Source: Anaerolineae bacterium
Lineage (GTDB): Bacteria > Chloroflexota > Anaerolineae > JAADDB01
Direction of reading: 5' to 3'
Length of the DNA stretch: 34,658 nucleotides
NCBI GenBank assembly: GCA_026983525.1
Contig: JALWHQ010000439.1
Coordinates: 1 to 34,658 of the forward strand
The notes beneath the pieces are model-generated. The model did no database searches and was not told the origin of the DNA. It saw only the letters and a list, made by a program, of their open reading frames with translations. Made by a program: the position numbers and the translations under genes. Positions 17,341 to 25,071 of the stretch are shown here, piece by piece; positions within the stretch are counted from its first letter, which is position 1; each line of letters begins with the position of its first letter.

Positions 17341-18198
17341 TCAACGCACGGCTGCAGGCATGTACTGGCTATAGGGCAGCGGATATATGGGAAATGGCAC
17401 CTCCGTTCGCCGCCCAGCCACCACCTCAATCTCCTGGCTTAACACCCGCACCGGGTATACCCCGCCCGGGTAGACCAGGTTGACGGTGTAGCGGCCGGGT
17501 GAGACATCGGTGAAGCGGAAGAAGCCCTGGGCGTCGGTGACCGTCTGCCGAGTCTGGCCCAGGCGTCCTTGCGCCTGGGCTGGCACCAGTCGCACCGTGA
17601 GGCCCGCCAGCCCTTTTTCATCGAGGTCGCGCTCGGCGTCTCGGTCCGTGTCTGCCCACACGTAACCCTGCACCGTGCCTGTGGTGGGCGTGGGGGTGGG
17701 AGGCGGAGCGCCTACGAAGCACTGCTCCCTGGGGGAAACGTTGGTGGTGATAACCGTGGCGGCGCTGTCTTCCATTGTGGCACTGGTGCTCGCAACCGAG
17801 GCGTTCGTCGTTGCTCCGGTAACGGTGGTGCCTCGCACGGTGACGTCTGGCGCGCGGACAAGCCCACATCCTGGAATGTCGCCGTTGGCGTCTAACTTCA
17901 ACACCCACATATCCTCCCAGCCAGCGCCGAAGGATTCGGTCTTCCCAACCACAATGTAGCCCCCATCTGTCGTCTGTTGAACGTCATAGGCTATATCAAG
18001 GGCGGATCCCCCATACCTCTTCACCCATGCAATACTCGCCGCGCTCAACTCTATGGCCCTTCTTCCCTCACTCGGTATCACAGAAAGCCCCGCTCGCACG
18101 GGCAGGGAGGACCCTACCACCAAAACCAGCCCCAGAACGGTTACGCTCAACGCCAGGAGCGGTCTCTTCAGGTGTTGATGCCACACAACCTCTCTCAT
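17341..18198 (-). CDS. Secreted paralogue with only one propeller repeat, the Cys-X48-Cys segment, an SdrD-B-like domain and a YMPAAVR tail
   Basis: Signal peptide ending PVRA. A single WVKRYGG...WVLKLDANG unit is joined directly to DIPGC. ATGA overlap with the upstream gene. Confidence 0.85.
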   Translation of the reverse strand: MREVVWHQHLKRPLLALSVTVLGLVLVVGSSLPVRAGLSVIPSEGRRAIELSAASIAWVKRYGGSALDIAYDVQQTTDGGYIVVGKTESFGAGWEDMWVLKLDANGDIPGCGLVRAPDVTVRGTTVTGATTNASVASTSATMEDSAATVITTNVSPREQCFVGAPPPTPTPTTGTVQGYVWADTDRDAERDLDEKGLAGLTVRLVPAQAQGRLGQTRQTVTDAQGFFRFTDVSPGRYTVNLVYPGGVYPVRVLSQEIEVVAGRRTEVPFPIYPLPYSQYMPAAVR

Positions 18199-18710
18199 GG
18201 CATCCCCCTTTCACTTTCCACATCTACACGGAACGACTTGTTTTTGTTTTTGTCAAGCCTTTGGGCAGTACCCCGGCTTACCGTAGAAGGTGGGAAAAAG
18301 CGACGTTTGTCCTGCTCATATGGTTCGCCGGTGGCAATAAAGTGCTCGATGAAGGCAAAGGTGTGGTCGGGCACGTGGGCTTGCAGCCACATGCGGTACG
18401 CGGCCGTAAAAAAGAGGGCCCACAACAAAAACAAGCCCATCGTGCCGGCCAACGCTCTGTCCACCCATCGGCCAAAGCGAATGTCCACGGCCAACGTATC
18501 CTCTGTGGTGGAGAGGGTGACGTTCAGCGTGGATGAGATGCCCAAAACGGACCGCCACACTTCAGCCTGCCGCACTCGAATTACCCTCCGGTTCTCTGCA
18601 GGCTCCACCACGCGGGGGGCGTATCCTCCTGCTTGATACCAGGCGACAAGCGCATGGACGAGTCGGGGCACGTCCACCCCGGCAGATTTGTAAGTGCGAC
18701 GATGCGTCAT
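18195..18710 (-). CDS. Hypothetical membrane-associated protein (171 aa)
   Basis: ATGA overlaps at both ends (18707-18710 and 18195-18198). WRSVLGISSTLNV...GRWVDRA...LFLLWAL resembles a family I recall as often carrying a zinc ribbon, which is absent here. Confidence 0.75.
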   Translation of the reverse strand: MTHRRTYKSAGVDVPRLVHALVAWYQAGGYAPRVVEPAENRRVIRVRQAEVWRSVLGISSTLNVTLSTTEDTLAVDIRFGRWVDRALAGTMGLFLLWALFFTAAYRMWLQAHVPDHTFAFIEHFIATGEPYEQDKRRFFPPSTVSRGTAQRLDKNKNKSFRVDVESERGMP

Positions 18711-19021
18711 GCGTCCGCTCCCGTATCCTGAGTCCCGGGTGGCAGGGATTGATGGTTGGCTTGCTGGTACAAGAAGGCGCTTTGCAGCGCGTGCAGGACG
18801 GTCAGTTCGACCAGAAGTTGGGTGACCAACGCGTGTTGGTCCTCGCTCAGTTGCCTCTCGACCTGATACATGATATCGGCCACGCGCCTGGCCTGCGCCC
18901 GAATATCCTCCAGGCGAACGTCCCCCTCTTTCAGCGCGTGTTCCCACATTTCGATGCGTTCGAGGTAGGACTGAAAAACGTGCTCGTCGCCCTCGTCGCT
19001 GAACCAGCTAGCGAATGTCAT
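18707..19021 (-). CDS. Hypothetical acidic helical protein (104 aa), first gene of the operon
   Basis: GAAGGA RBS. Directly downstream of promoter box C. Stop overlaps the next start. Confidence 0.75.
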   Translation of the reverse strand: MTFASWFSDEGDEHVFQSYLERIEMWEHALKEGDVRLEDIRAQARRVADIMYQVERQLSEDQHALVTQLLVELTVLHALQSAFLYQQANHQSLPPGTQDTGADA

Positions 19022-19053
19022 GTTCCTTCTCGCCCACGATGACGTTCAGGGCG

Positions 19054-19089
19054 AATATAGCAAGGAGGTGGGAACAAAGTGTGAACAAA
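19054..19089 (-). promoter_or_regulatory. Shared promoter/operator box, copy C
   Basis: Minus strand TTTGTTC-acac-TTTGTTC-ccacctcct-TGcTATATT. The heptamers sit at about -42..-36 and -31..-25. Confidence 0.8.
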
Positions 19090-19098
19090 GGGGAATGA

Positions 19099-19243
19099 GG
19101 TATTGGGTATTGGGTATTGGGTATCGGGTATCGGGTATCGGAGATTGGAGATTGAGGGTTGGAGGATAGTCCTGGCGGAGAGGGGAATTACTCCTCGATT
19201 CGATCACGCACGACGCAAGACGTACGACGCACAACGCACGACG
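19099..19243. repeat. Heptamer tandem repeats (GGGTATY)n, (GGAGATT)n and (CGCACGA)n
   Basis: ggtattgggtattgggtattgggtatcgggtatcgggtatcgggagattggagattg; cacgcacgacgcaagacgtacgacgcacaacgcacgacg. Confidence 0.9.
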
Positions 19244-19244
19244 T

Positions 19245-22200
19245 TCAAATCATCTCCCCCCGGCGCAGGCGTTCGGCCAGCCATTCGGTGAGCGCGGAGG
19301 GGCCCACGTCCAACTCCCGTGCCAGCGCAGCGCGCGCCTCCTCGTACACGGCCAGGGCTTGCGCACGTTCCCCCAGGCGGGCAAGGGCCCGCATCTTGAC
19401 CTGATAGGCGGCCTCCACCCAGGGTGCCACAGCCAGCACGCGGTCGGCCCACAAAATGGCCTGGCGGAACTCGCCCCCTTCCAGGTATCGCCGCGCCACG
19501 AAGAGACACCCCTCCTGGTATAGGCGTTGCCAGCGTTCGTCACGCTCTACCCACCAGGTCTCATAGGGGGCAACACTAACGGGCGGGGCCCATGCTTCCA
19601 GGGCTTGCACACACGCCTCAAGGGGTGGCGGCGCGTCCGGGCGGTCTTCCTCCTCCAAGGCGTTCTGAACGGTCCGCTCGAACACTTCCACGTCCACCCA
19701 CACCCGATCTTCCGGGTCAAAGGTGAACACGTCCCAAGTGGTAGAGAGATAGCGAATCGGCCCCTTAGCGCGCATGTAGGGTTCCAGCACCTGCCGCAGC
19801 CAACTGAGCAGGCGGCGGAGGGTCTGCGCGGCTTGTTGGGGATTCTGGTCCGGCCAGAGGTCCGCGAGGATGCGATCGCGGGTCAGGGGCTGGCCGCGAT
19901 GGAGCACGAAGTACTGGAAGAGCCGCACGACAGCCGGCCGGGGCCAGGCGCTGTCCGGGATCTCCGTGTCCCCACGCCAGACGCGAAACGCGCCCATGAA
20001 CTGGACTCTGAGCGGGGGCGGGGGCAGGGCTTCCAGTCGTTTGAGGGCCTGTTCCATGGCCGCGCGCACGTGCGCGTTCTTTTCCCGCTTCAGGCCGCGT
20101 TGTAACGCGGGCATGGCCTCCTCCCGTTGGGTAGCCTGTAACGCCCACGCGGCCCGCCGTCGCACCGCGGCATCCGGCGCCAGAAGGAGATCCTCCAGGC
20201 CCGCCACGCGGCCGATGCGTCCCAGCGCCTCGATGACCATCTCTTCCTCGTAACCCAGAAGCAAGGCCACACGCCAAACCTGGAACCCCAACTCCGGGTC
20301 GCGGTCCGTCAGCACGGGGCGCAAACGGGGGAAGCGGCGTAAGACGTGAAGGAGCGCGCGCAGGTGGCGTCGTGCCTCCGGACGCCCTTCCCGATGGCAG
20401 CGCCACGCGAGCAGACCGCGCAGGCGGATGAGGCTCGGCAGCGCGCGCGCCTGGATGAGGAAGCGCGTGTCCGGGTGCAGGGGCGGTGGAAGCGGGTAGG
20501 CTTCGGTGGCCGCAATGTCGCGCTCCAGCGCGACCAGGGCGCGTGGGAAAGGCGCGTCCCAGGGTTGGTTCAGGGCCTCCTCAGCAATGCGCACGGCCTC
20601 CTCGGGGCGTCCCTGGCGCCGGGCCAGCCAGGCCCGCAATTGCGCCAGGCAAAGGTGACGGTCATTGCGTCCGGCAACGTGCGCTTCTGCCTGGGCGAGC
20701 GCCTTCTCGGCGTTGTCCCACTCGCCTATTCCGATGTGGTACAGCGCCCAGTAATAGAAGCGCCAGAAATTGCTGGTCGTATCGACCGTTTCCACTTCTT
20801 TCACAAGCCCTTCGAGTTCTGTCAGCACTTTTCTGATCCGTTCCCATGCCCCCGTTTCCGCGTACAAGGCCACCCACTGCTCCAGGTAAATCATGCGGGG
20901 CGATGGCCTCTCCTGGTAGTATGACCTATCCTGCTCCAGCAGCGCTTCAGCTTCCTCTAAGTACCCCATAGGCGCGAGGACGTTGGCGGCGAGGTTACCC
21001 CGTTGGTAGAGAGCGATGGTTTCGTGCCCCATCTTTTCGGCGATGGGGATAGCCGCGCGGTAGAAGTATCGCGCTCTGGGAAAGTTTCCGAGCAAAGCGT
21101 AAACGTTGCTGAGAAGAACGGCTGCACGAAACCGGTATTTGAGATCCGTGGCCCCATCCCATAAACGGTGGCCGTATTCCAGGGCTTTTTTGTACCGGCC
21201 TGTCAGAAAGCAGACCTGGCCAAGCGCGTGATAAGCCTGGCAGGTGGCTTCTGGGTCTCCACGGGCCTCCAGAAGCCGTGCTCCCTCGATGACCAATTGC
21301 CATCCTTCTTCCTGCGCTCCCGATGAGCAGAGTTCCGCGGCCAACCGCGTCAGTAGAATCGGATGTCTCTCCCGGTAGGGTTTTGGCAGGCCGAGGATCC
21401 AGCGGCGGTAGGTATAGACGCGATTGGCATCCCAGATGACTTCCATAGGCATGTCGAGGAGCAGCCGCGTGGCCTCGTCCCACAGTTCGTCGGTGAGAGC
21501 CTGTTCGATGGCCAGGTCGTAGTCGTTGCGCCGGTGGAACCAGGTGACGATGTGGCGGGCGATGGTTTTTCGATCGGATGTCTGCGCGCGGAGAAAGGCG
21601 CGAAACAGTTCATGGTAACGCCAATATCCCTCCCGGGTGCCTGGGTCCACAAAGAGACGCCGTCTCGCCACTTCTTGCCAGATGTGTCGCGCTTTTTCCT
21701 CCGCGTCGGGCATGCCCATAGCCTGCCACAGGTGTATAGCCATGTCCGGGGAAAACTGAAGGGCCACGCCCGTCAATTGCAAAAAAGCGCGCACATCCTG
21801 GGGCAACGTTTCCCACAGGCGTTGAAAGATGTGGGTGTGCAGGTACGCCTCCAGGGACGTTTCGATGTGCTCGGGAGCCGTGTACAGGTGGGCGATGTGA
21901 ACCAGGGCGGCGATGGCGAGGGGCCAGCCGCCTGTGCGCGCGTGCCAGGCCCGACTCTGCTCTGCCGTGTAGCCGATAGGGCGGAGCCAGCGGGCCACTT
22001 CCTCGGGCGTCAAAGCCAGATCGCGCTCGGTGAGGTAGGTGGTAGGGAGGGCGTGCAGGGCGTGGGCCAGTGGCGTGGGCAACCAGCGACCGCTGAGGAC
22101 CCACCGCTCGGGCGCGGCGCGAATGTGCTGGACGAGCCAGTCCAGGGCCTGGTCCGCGCCTTCCAGAACGTGAACGTCGTCCAGCAGAATGGGCGACGAG

Positions 22201-22451
22201 GAAGCGAGATGCGGTTGCAAGCGCGCTTCCAGGTAGCCCACATCCTGGTCGGCGAGGGTGAGGGGGACGACCACGCTGCCCGGGATCTGGGCGGCCAGCG
22301 CGTGCAGGAGGGTGGTCTTACCGTAGCCGGCCGCGGCAATGACGGCCAGCGGGCCACGCGCGAGGTGATGGAGTGCACGACGTACAAGGTGCAGACGCTC
22401 GAAGTAACCGAATTGCTGAACAACTGGCCCATCCGCGGTGTCACTTTGCAT
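19245..22451 (-). CDS. Large transcriptional activator: MalT-like STAND NTPase, TPR array, HEAT-like repeat, and SARP-type wHTH/BTAD domain (start approximate)
   Basis: Walker A AAAGYGKTT and Walker B ILLDDVH. TGGWPLAI and WRYHELFRAFL are MalT-like. LRVQFMGAFRV...LTRDRILADLWPD...LRQVLEP...WVDVEVFE and PWVEAAYQVKMR...ELDVGPS are SARP/BTAD-like. Confidence 0.9.
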   Translation of the reverse strand: MQSDTADGPVVQQFGYFERLHLVRRALHHLARGPLAVIAAAGYGKTTLLHALAAQIPGSVVVPLTLADQDVGYLEARLQPHLASSSPILLDDVHVLEGADQALDWLVQHIRAAPERWVLSGRWLPTPLAHALHALPTTYLTERDLALTPEEVARWLRPIGYTAEQSRAWHARTGGWPLAIAALVHIAHLYTAPEHIETSLEAYLHTHIFQRLWETLPQDVRAFLQLTGVALQFSPDMAIHLWQAMGMPDAEEKARHIWQEVARRRLFVDPGTREGYWRYHELFRAFLRAQTSDRKTIARHIVTWFHRRNDYDLAIEQALTDELWDEATRLLLDMPMEVIWDANRVYTYRRWILGLPKPYRERHPILLTRLAAELCSSGAQEEGWQLVIEGARLLEARGDPEATCQAYHALGQVCFLTGRYKKALEYGHRLWDGATDLKYRFRAAVLLSNVYALLGNFPRARYFYRAAIPIAEKMGHETIALYQRGNLAANVLAPMGYLEEAEALLEQDRSYYQERPSPRMIYLEQWVALYAETGAWERIRKVLTELEGLVKEVETVDTTSNFWRFYYWALYHIGIGEWDNAEKALAQAEAHVAGRNDRHLCLAQLRAWLARRQGRPEEAVRIAEEALNQPWDAPFPRALVALERDIAATEAYPLPPPLHPDTRFLIQARALPSLIRLRGLLAWRCHREGRPEARRHLRALLHVLRRFPRLRPVLTDRDPELGFQVWRVALLLGYEEEMVIEALGRIGRVAGLEDLLLAPDAAVRRRAAWALQATQREEAMPALQRGLKREKNAHVRAAMEQALKRLEALPPPPLRVQFMGAFRVWRGDTEIPDSAWPRPAVVRLFQYFVLHRGQPLTRDRILADLWPDQNPQQAAQTLRRLLSWLRQVLEPYMRAKGPIRYLSTTWDVFTFDPEDRVWVDVEVFERTVQNALEEEDRPDAPPPLEACVQALEAWAPPVSVAPYETWWVERDERWQRLYQEGCLFVARRYLEGGEFRQAILWADRVLAVAPWVEAAYQVKMRALARLGERAQALAVYEEARAALARELDVGPSALTEWLAERLRRGEMI

Positions 22452-22564
22452 TGGGGGTTCAACCCTTACTTGCAAATAGATGACAAGTACGTTGGGTTTT
22501 AACCTGAAGGTCCTAAATATTCCGAGGAAACTGACGCACCAGGCAGTGGGGATACTTCCCGCAT

Positions 22565-22596
22565 AACACAAACGGGCGGGCACTCAGGCCCGCCCG
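22565..22596 (-). terminator. Probable terminator after the tRNA
   Basis: Minus strand cgggcgggc-ctgagt-gcccgcccg-tttgtgtt. Confidence 0.6.
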
Positions 22597-22616
22597 CCCG
22601 CCGAAAGATTATCGAC

Positions 22617-22692
22617 TGGTGAGGCGCGGAGGACTCGAACCCCCAACCCGCGGATTAAGAGTCCGCTGCTCTACCAGTTGAGCTAGCGCCCC
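22617..22692 (-). tRNA. tRNA-Lys (anticodon CTT), CCA encoded
   Basis: GGGGCGCTAGCTCAACTGGTAGAGCAGCGGACTCTTAATCCGCGGGTTGGGGGTTCGAGTCCTCCGCGCCTCACCA, 76 nt, folds to a full cloverleaf. Confidence 0.97.
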
Positions 22693-22705
22693 ACATCCGT
22701 TGCCC

Positions 22706-22734
22706 ATTATACTTACGCCGACCGCCCCTGTCAA
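22706..22734 (-). promoter_or_regulatory. Consensus sigma70 promoter of tRNA-Lys
   Basis: TTGACA (22734-22729), 17-nt spacer, TATAAT (22711-22706). Confidence 0.9.
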
Positions 22735-22797
22735 GATTCGGTCGGCGCATTTTCTCCCTTCAGGTATTCTCCAGGATTTTTGATAAACGGCCGCGAC

Positions 22798-22870
22798 CGT
22801 GAGTAAGAGAATGACGTGAGTAAGAGAATGATATGTTGTGAGTCGGCTTCGCCGAGCCACAACATATCAT
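22798..22870. repeat. 17-bp tandem duplication plus a long stem-loop between coaBC and the tRNA promoter
   Basis: (cgtgagtaagagaatga)x2, then atgatatgttgtg-ag-tcggc-ttc-gccga-gc-cacaacatatcat. Confidence 0.8.
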
Positions 22871-22903
22871 CTCCCTTTTTTCCCTCCTCCCTTTTTCCGC
22901 ACC

Positions 22904-24130
22904 TCAGGGCTTTGTCAAAAGTCCAAACTCTACGACGCGCGCTATAATGCGCTCCGCCACCTCGGCCTTGCTCATCAAGGGCCAGGGCTCGACGCGCCCC
23001 TCGCGGTCGATGTACACCACACGGTTGGTGTCCGCGGCGAAGCCCGCGTCGGCCGCGGTGACATCGTTGGCGATGATGATGTCCAGGTTCTTGCGGGCCA
23101 GTTTGGCGCGCGCAGCCTCCACCGGGTTCTCCGTCTCCGCAGCAAACCCCACCAGAACCAGAGGTCTCCCCGTCTCTTGTCGTCGCTCCCCCACCGTGCC
23201 CAGAATGTCAGGGGTGCGCTCCAGTTCCAGGACGAGCCCTTCTCGCCCCTCTTTCTTCACCTTGTGTTCGGCTCGTCGCGCGGGGCGGAAGTCGGCCACG
23301 GCCGCGGCCGCGATGAACACGTCCGCGTCCTCCACCTCGGCCATGACAGCGTCGAACATGTCCTGCGCGGTGAGGATGGAAACACCTCGCACGCCATAGG
23401 GGACGGGAACCTGCAACGGTGCGTGGACGAGGACAGTGGTCGCGCCCAGGTCGCGCGCGGCCTCGGCCAGGGCCACGCCCATTTTGCCCGTAGAGGGGTT
23501 GGTGATGAAGCGCACGGGGTCGATGGGCTCGCGCGTACCTCCTGCCGTAATCACGACCTTGCGCCCGCGCAGGGGGCCGTTCAGCCCCAGGACATAGCGC
23601 ATAGCGCCAAGGATGGTGGGTACCTCGGCCAAGCGGCCTACACCCTCCGCGCCTGAGGCCAGGTGTCCCGCCTCAGGGCCGACGAAGTGGACGCCGCGTT
23701 CCTTCAGGGCGCGCACGTTCTCCTGGGTGGCGGGATGTTCCCACATGTGGGTTTCCATGGCGGGTGCGAGGAGCAGGGGCGCGCGGCTGTCCAGCACGGT
23801 GGCGGTGAGCAGGTTGTCCGCCAAGCCGTGGGCCAACTTGGCTATCGTGTTGGCCGTGGCAGGCGCGATGACAATGAGGTCGGCCTGGCGGGAGTGGGTG
23901 ACGTGGGGAAAGCGGCCGGCCTCGTCGGGCGTGTACATGTCCGTCCAGGCGCGACGCCCTGTGACAGCGGTAAACGTCAGCGGGGAGATGAACTTCAGGG
24001 CCGCGGACGTGAGGATGACGTCCACGCGCGCGCCCTCCTGCGCGGCCTTGGACGCTAAGTCCGCGCTCTTATAGCAGGCAATGCCGCCTGTGACGCCGAG
24101 CACAACGTGCTTATCTCGTAGATTTGACAT
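22904..24130 (-). CDS. coaBC: Bifunctional phosphopantothenoylcysteine decarboxylase/ligase
   Basis: Motifs [70 protein letters not shown]. Confidence 0.97.
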   Translation of the reverse strand: MSNLRDKHVVLGVTGGIACYKSADLASKAAQEGARVDVILTSAALKFISPLTFTAVTGRRAWTDMYTPDEAGRFPHVTHSRQADLIVIAPATANTIAKLAHGLADNLLTATVLDSRAPLLLAPAMETHMWEHPATQENVRALKERGVHFVGPEAGHLASGAEGVGRLAEVPTILGAMRYVLGLNGPLRGRKVVITAGGTREPIDPVRFITNPSTGKMGVALAEAARDLGATTVLVHAPLQVPVPYGVRGVSILTAQDMFDAVMAEVEDADVFIAAAAVADFRPARRAEHKVKKEGREGLVLELERTPDILGTVGERRQETGRPLVLVGFAAETENPVEAARAKLARKNLDIIIANDVTAADAGFAADTNRVVYIDREGRVEPWPLMSKAEVAERIIARVVEFGLLTKP

Positions 24131-24144
24131 AGCATCTGGCCCCT

Positions 24145-24199
24145 GACGATGGACGATAGACCATGGCTAACCATCGTCTATGGTCCATCGTCCATCGTC
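24145..24199. repeat. Inverted heptamer repeats (GACGATG)n / (CATCGTC)n
   Basis: gacgatggacgatagaccatgg-ctaa-ccatcgtctatggtccatcgtccatcgtc. Confidence 0.9.
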
Positions 24200-25034
24200 A
24201 CATCTCATACACCCCCACTATCTTCCGCTCCACCTCGGGCGCGACGCGGGCGATGACGCGCACGTAGGGCGCGATGGTGGAGTTGCGCAACTTGCGCTTG
24301 AGGAGATTGTCCACCTGGAAGATGCCCGCGGAGTTAGCCATGACGATTTCCACCTCCACGGGGATGCCGTTCCCCTTGCGGATGTGGACGGCGTCGATGG
24401 CCTGGGCGGACACAGAATGAATGTTGACGTCGCCCGACTCGAAGGCGATGCGCGAGCGGCCGTGGGTCATGTCCAGCGCGTCCGCGACCTTGACCACGCT
24501 GGCCTCGGTGGTGTAGCAGCGCACGTCCCAGTGATGGGCGATGATGGCGTGAAGGACTTCGGACAACACAATGGTGCGCTCGCGCACGGGATAAATGGTG
24601 GAGAGCAGTTCGCGGGCCTTGGTGTGGGCCAAAAACAGGCTAAACTCCTCGTGGTTCTCGCGATGCACCGCGATGCCCAGGTCGTGCAGGGCCGCGGCGA
24701 GCACGGCCACCACCTCCGCGTCCTCGGGCTCCAGGCCGTGGTCTCCGACGATGCCCAGGGGCACGTCCGCCTCGGCAAGGAGGCGCAGGAGTTTCAGGGC
24801 CAGGTTGGCAACGATTTTGATGTGTACGGGGCCGTGGTCGCTCATCTTGTTGCGGTCCACCGCGTTGACATTAGCGCACCGCCAGAGTGTGTAAAGTTCC
24901 TCGTCCGCGTTGATGGCTTCCACCAGGGCCTGAAGGCGTTGATTGTGGCGGGCCGGGACGGTAAAGCGTATACGTTCGCCTGCAGCGACTTTTTGCTCAT
25001 CTTCGGTGATGATGCGAGAGAGTTCCTTTTCCAT
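24198..25034 (-). CDS. HD-domain metal-dependent phosphohydrolase
   Basis: Motifs SDHGPVH, AALHDLG, IIAHH, VKVADALDM. AAGGAG RBS. Confidence 0.9.
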   Translation of the reverse strand: MEKELSRIITEDEQKVAAGERIRFTVPARHNQRLQALVEAINADEELYTLWRCANVNAVDRNKMSDHGPVHIKIVANLALKLLRLLAEADVPLGIVGDHGLEPEDAEVVAVLAAALHDLGIAVHRENHEEFSLFLAHTKARELLSTIYPVRERTIVLSEVLHAIIAHHWDVRCYTTEASVVKVADALDMTHGRSRIAFESGDVNIHSVSAQAIDAVHIRKGNGIPVEVEIVMANSAGIFQVDNLLKRKLRNSTIAPYVRVIARVAPEVERKIVGVYEM

Positions 25035-25071
25035 GGTCGGCTCCTTGAATCACATACGCCACCGCGCTGAT

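Noticed and set aside
17234-17344. N-terminal extension of the RCC1 ORF
   Set aside because: It spans an intergenic palindrome and repeats. The RBS and signal peptide indicate a start at 17233.
22617-22660. attL/attR duplication of the tRNA 3' end, or a prophage/ICE
   Set aside because: I found no second copy by eye, and there are no integrase, transposase or phage genes in the window.
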